A stretch of 64,000 bases of DNA from Felis catus. Taxonomy: Eukaryota. Below the pieces are notes generated by a model that saw nothing but the letters and a program-made list of their open reading frames with translations, was not told the DNA's origin and made no database searches. Where the stretch lies: positions 67,890,001-67,954,000 of the forward strand of contig NC_058384.1 in the NCBI RefSeq assembly GCF_018350175.1, in the 5' to 3' direction. Both the position numbers and the translations under genes were made by a program. This document shows, one piece after another, positions 47,901 through 57,135 of the stretch (positions are counted from its first letter, which is position 1; every line of letters begins with the position of its first letter).

Positions 47901-50900
47901 CTCGCCCGGTGGGAGAGCGGGTGCTGCCCGCCCTTCACCTCTGCCCTCCCGCCATCCACCTGCCTGTCCTTATTCTAAGACTCCTCCAGGCCTTTGTTCC
48001 TGTCCCTCTTTTCCTTCCTCCTCCTGGCCCTCTTCACGACTCCGCCCTTGACCGTGTTTTCTCCTCTCCAGTGACCAACGCGCTCCATTCCATCCTGGGT
48101 GAGTGGGCCACGAGGAGGTGGGAGGGGCCAGGGGCCAAGGTGGGAGGGGCCAGGGGCTATGGCCCGCCACCTCTTTGGCCAGGACAGGGTGGGACTTAAA
48201 AGGCGGGTGGGCAGTAGCCGCGGGAATTGGCTTCTGACCCTAAAGAGGGACCAAGGTGGTGGCCCGGCTCTGAGCCTCTCTGCACCCTGGGCTCTGACAG
48301 GGGAGCAGACCAAGGCGCTGGTCACCCAGCTCACCCTCTTCAACCAGATCCTGGTGGAGCTGCGGGATGACATCCGAGACCAGGTCTGAGCGCACCTGCA
48401 CCAGGGAGGTGGTGCTGCTGGGGGAGGGGGGGAGCTGCCAGGAGCCGACTGCCCCCCCCTCCCGCCCTTCTGTCTGCCAGGTGAAGGAAATGTCCCTGAT
48501 CCGAAACACCATCATGGAGTGTCAGGTGTGCGGTGAGTGGGGAGCGGGGCGGGCGCCAGGCGACCCCGTGCCCCCGGCCCCGCGGTGGCGGTCCCCCCCA
48601 CCTCTGCGGGGCCGGAATGGCCGCCTCGGGGTGGCTCTGACCTCGCCTGCCCCCCAGGCTTCCACGAGCAGCGTTCGCACTGCAGCCCCAACCCCTGCTT
48701 CCGCGGCGTGGACTGCATGGAGGTGTACGAGTACCCCGGCTACCGCTGCGGGCCCTGCCCCCCCGGCCTGCAGGGAAATGGCACCCACTGCAGCGACATC
48801 AATGAGGTGGGGGCGGCCAGCTTGAAGGGGCACCGGCACTCGGGGTGAGGGAGGTGGGAGAGGCCCAAGGAGGCGGGGTACCTGTCGGTCGGGCGGCGCA
48901 GGGCAGTCTGGGCCTAGCCGGGGAGGGGGGGGGGCCGGGGGGCCCACAGGCAGAGGCGCCCGACCATCGTCCTCCGTTCCCCAGTGTGCCCACGCGGACC
49001 CTTGTTTTCCTGGCGTCAGCTGTATCAACACCATGCCCGGCTTCCGCTGTGAGGCCTGTCCCCAGGGCTACAAAGGCACGCGGGTGTCCGGTGTGGGTAT
49101 TGACTACGCCCGCGCCAGCAAACAGGTCAGGTCGGGTAGAATGTGTAGACGAGGGGCGCCTGGGTGGCTAAGTTGGTTAAGCGTCCGACTTTGGCTCGGG
49201 GCATGATCTCATGGTTCGTGGGTTCGCATCGGGCTCTGTGCTGACATCCTGGAGCCTGCTTTGGATTCTGTGTCTCCCTCTCTCTCTGTTCCTCACCAGC
49301 TAACACTCTGTGTGTCTCTCTCTCTCTCAAAAATACGTAACCGTTAAAAAAAATTTTTTTAACTGCAAAAAAAAGAACGCACAGACGAGGTCGTGGCCTT
49401 GCCGGGGCCTGGTCGGCCGTCCGGGTTGAACATGGGTCCTTGCGCTAACACCGATTTGGGGTCTGGGCTTCGTGTCAGTGTCCACGGGCAGGGGCACGAG
49501 GAGTTCCGTCATCGATCTGTCCCGTCAGGTCTGCCAGGACATCGACGAATGCAGTGACGGTAACAACGGTGGCTGCGACCCCAACTCCATCTGCACCAAC
49601 ACTGTGGTAAGCCGAGCGGCCCAACCGCGTCCGTAGCGGTGGGACAGTGCGCCTACACGCGTGAGCACACCCACACCCCAAGTCCTACTTCCTGCTTCCT
49701 TCCCTGGGGCACCACGCGCACACGTTCCCCACACCGGTTTGGAAGCCGGGTCCTGCTTCTCACCGTGACTGGCGAGCCCGGCTTTTCCGAGCGTCAGTCT
49801 ATTCACCTGAAAAACAGGGCCGGCAGACACCTTGAAAGGTTGTCAGGGGAACCCGAGGAAGTGACTGATGCGTGGCCTCGAGCAGGAGCAGGGAGTGAGG
49901 TCCCGCACCGCCGGCTGGGGCACCTGGCAGCCTGAGCTCCTTCCTGAGTCACCGCTTCCCTCCTCTTAGGGTTCCTTCAAGTGTGGTCCCTGTCGCCTGG
50001 GCTTCGTGGGCAACCAGAGCCAGGGCTGCGTCCCCGCCCGCACCTGCCACAGCCCAGCCCACAGCCCCTGCCACGTCCACGCGCACTGTCTCTTTGAACG
50101 CAACGGGGCCGTGTCCTGCTCGGTGAGCTAGGCCTGGGGCTTGGAAGGAAAAGGGAGAATCTGGAGAGAGGGGTAGGGCTGGTGACCCTGCTTAGGGCCT
50201 GGGTGGGGCCTGAGCAGGGAAGGGAGGTGGTCCTGGGCACAGGTGCCGGTTGGTGAGAATAGAGGCTGAAGCAGGGAAAAGGGTGGGGCACGAGGAGATA
50301 GCGGGGACCCTCATTCCTACCCGCCCCGCCCCACTGCCCCAGTGTAACGTGGGCTGGGCCGGGAACGGGAACGTGTGTGGGACCGACACGGACATCGACG
50401 GCTACCCGGACCAGGCCCTGCCCTGCATGGACAACAACAAACATTGCAAGCAGGTGTGGGGCGGGTAGGCGGGCAGTCGGGGGGGGGGGGCGGGGGGCAG
50501 GCACCCTGGCTGGGGCAGGCCACAACCCATCCGGCCTCTCTCTCCTGCTCTTTAGGACAATTGCCTTTTGACCCCCAACTCTGGCCAGGAAGATGCTGAT
50601 AACGATGGCGTGGGGGACCAGTGCGACGATGATGCCGATGGCGATGGGATCAAGAATGTCGAGGTGCCTCCTAGCCGTCCCACCCCTTCCAGTTCCTCTG
50701 CTCCCCACCTTGCCCTGCCCCATGACCCTGCCCCCCGTTGGCCCCTGGCAGCTCTACATGAAGGGCCCCAGGACTGTTGGGGGGGGGCACACGCCCTGTG
50801 CCAGGGCAAGATGGTCATGTGGAGGCTGGGCTAGCCGGCTGTCAGGATGGGGTCAAGGGTGTGGGGGTGAGGAGGCCAGCAGTGGAGAGGAGGCCTGACC

Positions 50901-53900
50901 CTTTTTCTCCCACCCCAGGACAACTGCCGGCTCTTCCCCAACAAGGACCAGCAAAACTCAGATACAGATTCATTCGGGGATGCCTGTGACAACTGCCCCA
51001 ACGTTCCCAACAATGACCAGAAGGACACGGATGGCAATGGGGAAGGGGATGCCTGTGACAACGACGTGGACGGGGACGGTGCAGGACGGGGCTGAGGGGG
51101 GTGGGGGGCCTGTAAGAATTTGGATGCAGGTGGGCACAAGGGGCAGCTAGGAAGTCTGAGACTGGCGTGGGGCAGGGGTCAATGGGAATGTGAGGAAGGG
51201 GGGCAGGGGGCGCAGGCAGGGGTCTTGAGCAGCTTTTCTCTGAGTGGGAGGTGAGCTCTGGGCTCTCACCAACACAGAAGAGGATGTGACGTGTCCTAGT
51301 GACGGCTCTGTGCTATCCCCGCGTCTTATAGGTATCCCTAACGGACTGGACAATTGCCCTAAAGTCCCCAACCCCCTGCAGACAGACAGGGATGAGGACG
51401 GGGTGGGAGATGCGTGTGACAGCTGCCCTGAAATGAGCAATCCCACTCAGGTACAGCGGGCGGGGTAGGGGGCCGGAGGGTGGAGCCCCAGCCCTTCAGA
51501 TAGGAAGTGGGCCAGCCATCCTCCAGTTACCAACAGATGCTGAGAACCGGCCCCTCTCCCGCAGACAGATGCAGACAGCGACCTGGTGGGGGATGTCTGT
51601 GACACCAACGAGGACAGGTAGGGTTGGCAGAGAGCTAGATGGTCCTACAGGGCTTCCTCTCCTCTCCTCTAGCACATACTCAGTTTCCTCCGTGGTTTAG
51701 CCTTGACCGTCCACCACTGTCGAGCAGGAGGTCTGCCCTCCACCCCTGCTGTGGGACTTTACCTCACCTGGCTGATGGCAGGGGGTGTGGCCGAATGGAG
51801 GGTACACCCCAGTCCCCACCCCGAAGAGAGGGGGCTGTGTGGCCGAATGGAGGGTACACCCCAGTCCCCACCCCGAAGAGAGGGGGCTGTGTGGCCGAAT
51901 GGAGGGTACACCCCAGACCTCACGCCGAAGAGCGGGGATGGATGTGGTACTTTTAGAGCCTTTATCTGGTGCCTGTTCTGGGCAGCGACGGGGATGGACA
52001 TCAGGACACCAAGGACAACTGCCCACAGCTGCCAAACAGCTCCCAGCTGGACTCTGACAACGACGGCCTTGGAGATGAGTGTGACGGGGACGATGACAAC
52101 GACGGGATCCCAGATTATGTGCCTCCTGGTCCCGACAACTGTCGCCTGGTTCCCAATCCCAATCAGAAGGACTCAGATGGTAAGGCTGGGGCCCCACAGA
52201 AGGTTGGCCCGGTGTGGGCCCTGCCCAGGGAGGGGTGGCAGCGCAGCCTCGGGGCCATGGCCAGGCCTTCCCAAGTGCCTGGCCTCACCCTGCGCAGGCA
52301 ATGGCGTCGGTGACGTGTGTGAGGATGACTTTGACAATGATGCGGTGGTTGACCCCCTGGACGTGTGTCCCGAAAGTGCGGAGGTGACCCTCACGGATTT
52401 TCGGGCCTATCAGACGGTTGTCCTGGATCCTGAGGGCGATGCCCAGATTGACCCAAACTGGGTGGTGCTCAACCAGGTACTAGGGCACCGGGTTGGGCAG
52501 GTGCTGTCAGACCAGACTGCCAGGTGGGGGCTGGCAGGGGCGGGGGGGGGGGCGGTCAGAGCACTGGATCAGGGCTTCCTTCCTTCCTGCCACGACCAGG
52601 GCATGGAAATCGTTCAGACCATGAACAGTGACCCCGGCCTGGCCGTTGGTATGTAAGGGACACCCAGCTCAATAAGTTCCGAATGGAGAAATCCCACAGG
52701 GGCGGACGGTGGGGGGCTGAGCTGGCCACACGTACAGCTGGCGTCGCACCCCCCCTCTACCCCCCCCCCCCCCCCGGCCCACAGTGGGCCACTGGTAGCT
52801 CTGCCGGCCCTGACCTTGACCCCGCCCACCCCCAGGATACACAGCCTTCAACGGTGTGGACTTCGAAGGCACCTTCCACGTGAACACGGTCACAGATGAC
52901 GACTACGCAGGCTTTCTCTTCAGCTATCAGGACAGCGGCCGCTTCTACGTGGTCATGTGGAAGCAGACGGAGCAGACGTATTGGCAGGCCACCCCTTTCC
53001 GGGCGGTGGCTCAGCCCGGGCTGCAGCTCAAGGTCTGGCGACTGCCCAGACCCGCCACCTCCTTGGGCCCTTCCCCAGACTCCCCACCCCCCACGTGAGC
53101 GGGAACCCTCTTTCCCAGGTATCTGGCCTGGAGGTTGGCTCCCGGGGTCAGGGGGTGGGGGGCCCTCCAGATCGTTCTCCCGCCCACCTTGACTTCCTCT
53201 GCCACCTGCACTTACCAGCCTGTGGTTCGGGGCCTGTGGCTAACGCACTGTCCTCACCGATACCCTCCAGGCAGTGACATCCGTGTCTGGCCCAGGTGAA
53301 CATCTCCGGAATGCCCTGTGGCACACTGGCCACACCCCCGACCAGGTGCGACTGCTGTGGACTGACCCCCGGAACGTGGGCTGGCGGGACAAGACCTCCT
53401 ACCGCTGGCAGCTACTGCACCGGCCTCAAGTCGGCTACATTCGGTGAGGGGAGCGCGGAGCCCTCCTGCCGGACCCCAGGCCCCGCCTTTCCTTCACCTT
53501 TAGCCGAGACCCGCCGGACTGCCCCTCCACTGCGTTCCTCGGTGCCCGGTGCCCTGGGCCAGGACTGGGCCGCTGCTCTCTCCTCCCTCTCACCACAGAC
53601 GTACCGCCTCAGCCCCGCTCTCCTCGTCCTCAGGCAGCCGGGGCTCTGGTGCGGGTGCTGCGGAAGGAAGACCAGTAGGCAGCGTTGGGCGAGTCCTTCC
53701 TTTTCCGTGCTCCGTTTTCCCCTCCGTGAAATGGGGCGATCTTGGGAGCCTCTAAGCCGCAGGCCAGTCTGCGGAGAGGCCCATCACTTCCAGCCCCTTC
53801 CGTGCTCCATCCCAGAAGCTGCCCCATCAAAGTGTCTGACCTGGAGGGGGCCGTCATTTGCAGAGGAGTAAACCGAGGCCCAGATGGCACATCTCTTAGT

Positions 53901-54674
53901 AGCGGAGCTAAGGCTTCTGGGTTCAGTGCCGTGCGCACAACTGCGCATCTCCTAGTCGGTGGGGATGACAGGGAAGGGACAGCCAATGGCAAGAGCCCAG
54001 GGTCCCGGGACTCGGGTTGGTTCCCCTTTAAGGTGCCTGGGGCTGCAGGGTGCCAGGGCAGGGNNNNNNNNNNNNNNNNNNNNNNNNNNNNNNNNNNNNN
54101 NNNNNNNNNNNNNNNNNNNNNNNNNNNNNNNNNNNNNNNNNNNNNNNNNNNNNNNNNNNNNNNNNNNNNNNNNNNNNNNNNNNNNNNNNNNNNNNGAGGC
54201 AGGGGCCCCAGGCCTGAGAAAAGCACCCCCGTCCCTCCCCTTTCCTTCCTCCCTCTCCCTCCTTCCGTTCTCTCTCAGGCCCGGTGAGCTCGAGGGGGGT
54301 TGGGGATGAGCAGGGCCCGGGCTTGATGGCCCAGTGCCCACTGGGCACCCTCGCACCAACGGACACCCCTCTCCCGGGCAGGGTGAAGCTCTATGAGGGC
54401 CCTCAGCTGGTGGCAGACTCCGGGGTGATCATTGACACGGCCATGCGAGGGGGGCGCCTTGGCGTATTCTGCTTCTCCCAAGAAAACATCATTTGGTCCA
54501 ACCTCCAGTATCGATGCAATGGTGAGGCTGAAGACGTGGATCAGCCTGGCCTTCCGACCCTCGTCCCTCCTGGGAGGGTCCCATCCTCTGACCCTAGTGA
54601 CTCCTCCCTCCTCAGACACCGTGCCCGAGGACTTCGAGCCGTTCCGGAGGCAGCTGCTCCAGGGAAGAGCGTGA
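44934..54674 (+). CDS. THBS3: Thrombospondin-3, 23 exons, about 956 aa (ATG masked, start estimated)
   Basis: Exon 1 ends at 45012 (..ASQDLQ). Then 46049-46255, 46806-47062, 47163-47265, 48072-48098, 48301-48383, 48481-48532, 48658-48806, 48985-49125, 49529-49606, 49970-50122, 50343-50453, 50556-50663, 50919-51078, 51332-51450, 51565-51617, 51986-52179, 52298-52476, 52600-52648, 52836-53032, 53271-53443, 54382-54521, 54616-54674. LamG, coiled coil, EGF, type-3 Ca repeats and C-terminal domain. Confidence 0.97.
49153..49375 (+). mobile_element. Can-SINE in THBS3 intron 9
   Basis: GGGGCGCCTGGGTGGCTAAGTTGGTTAAG head. Confidence 0.85.
51785..51940. repeat. 52-bp minisatellite x3 in THBS3 intron 16
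   Basis: GTGTGGCCGAATGGAGGGTACACCCCAG.. starts at 51785, 51837 and 51889; the third copy is diverged. Confidence 0.92.
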
Positions 54675-55099
54675 AGAGGCGGCCGCCGGATTCAGAGTCC
54701 TGGTCTTTGCCCCTTTGGCCTCGGGGTCCGTCCTGGAGACCCTCGGGTCTAATCTGCAGCCGCTCAGCCAAACACAGACCCTCCTCCGGCACCCACGGGA
54801 GTTCAGTCCCCGAGGGGTGGTGACCCCACTGTCCAGGAGACGGGAGGTTTTCAGGGGGTGTTTCTCAGGCACTAACCCCAGGAAAGAGAACACGTTGCCA
54901 TAAAGTTGCAGTGGTTTTCCACACTCGTTGGTGTTGCTTATTTTAGGGATTTTCCGGGGTAGTGTGGGGAGCAGGAGGGAAGCCGAGGGGTGAGGAGGAG
55001 GGCTGGTAGGATGAGAGTTAGAGATCTCGGGGAGGTTGGGGGCCTGGTGGAGGAAGAACGGTGCTGGACTGAGGTAGGTGAAGGATGAGGGGCTGGTCC

Positions 55100-56900
55100 G
55101 AAAATGGCTTAGGTGCGCCCAGCCCCACTTACTCACGGTGGCTGCGGCGACGCTCCAGTGGATCTGAGGTGGTCCGGGTCGAGAGCCGGGAGGGCTGGAG
55201 CCGGCTCGCNNNNNNNNNNNNNNNNNNNNNNNNNNNNNNNNNNNNNNNNNNNNNNNNNNNNNNNNNNNNNNNNNNNNNNNNNNNNNNNNNNNNNNNNNNN
55301 NNNNNNNNNNNNNNNNNNNNNNNNNNNNNNNNNNNNNNNNNCCGCTTGCAGCCGGACCAGCCCCAGAACCGGGGTCGCGCCGGGGAGTTTGGTCCGCTTC
55401 GGAAGCCAGAGACTCGGCGCCCGGGCGAGGGGGAGGGGACGGCCGGGGGAGGGGGGCGCGGGGAGGCAGGAGGGGAGACCGCGGTGGCCCGGAAAGCCGC
55501 TTTCCGACACCCAGCCGTTGCGCGCGCTTGCTCTTTAAATACTCGGAGTGCGCGGCGCGGAGCCGTCGCCGTGGCGACGCGTGTCCCAGCAACCGGACTG
55601 AATGGCTGTTGCCTGGCAACGCCGGGGCAGCAGTTTTGGGACCGCCCACCTAGATGCTCGCGCCTTCTCGGGCGGCCGGGCGGGGGGCTTCCGCGCCCCT
55701 CGGGCCTCCGCGCGTAACCGCGGCCCCGCTTCCTTGCACCCCGCCGCCCCGAGGGGTTGTGAAAGCTCCTTTTCCAGTCTGTACCCGCGGCGACTGGGAA
55801 CGGTTTTCCTAATGGGGGCGTAGCTGGGGTGGGGGAGGTAACCTCTGGGGGGGGGGGCCCGACCCCCACGCTCCACGTGCGCGGCGCCCAAGCGTTTGCG
55901 TCCTTAGTTCTTCTCGCCACCCCCCCCCGCCCAATCACGCACCCCCCCCATACGGTCCCCGGGTCACACCGTGTGCCTGTCTACCCCCAATGCCACTCTG
56001 GGCCCCCAAATACCCTTCGGTTGCCCCACCTACTCTCTGCCGCCCACATGCGTCACTAACCTGCCCCGTTTCCCCTCCCACATTCCGCTGTCCTCTCCCA
56101 CATATTTGGGTGCCCCTTCCTTGTACCTCGGGACCCCACCCACTGAGCGCCGTCTCCTCCAGACGCCGCCCCCACGCGCCCCGGGGTCCCCCTCTTGCCG
56201 CCAGCCCCTCCCGTCGGTGGAGCGGAGCGTCCCTGCCCTCCGCGTCTGAGCCCCAGACCTGCGCGCCCGGCCCCTCGGGCCGCCCTCGGGCACGCCGCCC
56301 CCTCCGGCCAACCGGGCGCCCGGGGTCCCCGCGCGCTGCCGCCAGGGGGCAGGAGAGCCCCGCCCGCCGCGAGCCGGAGCCCCGGGCAGGAGAGACCTCG
56401 GGGTGCCGCGGAGCCCAGGTTTCGGCCCGCGTCCAGTGGGACTTCTTCCCCGCCCCCTCCTCGGGAGGCAGCCAAGGCGGGAACGCCGGCCCTGGAAAGC
56501 CCGGCAGGGGCGGGGACTGTGGGTTTCGGTGGATCTGCGCGCGGAACCCTGAAGGGAGCGGCGATTCCGGGAAGTGGCGGGGGGAGGGGGTCCAAAACTG
56601 GCCCCGGGCCCCCCTTTCTCGAGCCTTCTCGTACCCCCCCGCCAAGCCCCCACGGTGGGGCTTCAGGGGGCCCATTGAGAATGGGGCGCGGGGTGAGGGA
56701 CGCGAGGGTGAGCTTCCTCGGCCCGCGGTCCGGGACCCTAACCCGGCCCACTTCCTCTGCCCCTTTTCTCACCCCGGCTGTTGCCCGGAGGCCAAAACTA
56801 GAGCCGAGGAGGCCCAGGTCCTCGGTTCCCCCCCCCCCCACCCCTGCTCCTCTTCTGGAGCCGGGCAGTGGCCGGTGATGGGAGCACCCGCGGGATGTCA
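55100..56900. promoter_or_regulatory. CpG island between THBS3 and MUC1 (antisense promoter and MUC1 upstream region)
   Basis: CpG-rich; RFX-like boxes 55565-55620; kB-like GGAAAGCCC 56494-56502; STAT site TTCCGGGAA 56565-56573. Confidence 0.7.
55210..55341 (-). ncRNA. MIR92B: Inferred miR-92b precursor (sequence masked)
   Basis: Not visible. Inferred from synteny: in human MIR92B lies a few hundred bp beyond the THBS3 3' end, antisense, before MUC1. The mature sequence was not seen elsewhere in the window. Confidence 0.6.
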
Positions 56901-57009
56901 GAGGGTGGAGTGATCCGAGCCCACGTACCCCACCTGAGGGGCCAGGAACGGTTGGGGAGGAGGAGGAAGAGGTAGGAGGTAGGGAAAGGGGGAGGGGGCG
57001 GGGTTTTGT

Positions 57010-57061
57010 CACCTGTCACCTGCTCCTGCCAAGCCTAGGGCGGGCCGGGGACCGGTATAAA
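57010..57061 (+). promoter_or_regulatory. MUC1 core promoter
   Basis: Tandem CACCTG E-boxes 57010-57022, GC box, TATAAA 57056-57061. Confidence 0.85.
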
Positions 57062-57135
57062 GCAGCAGGCGCCACCTCACACGCAGCTCCTAGCCGAGGG
57101 TGTTCCGCCCCCTCCCCACCCAGCTCACCACCACC

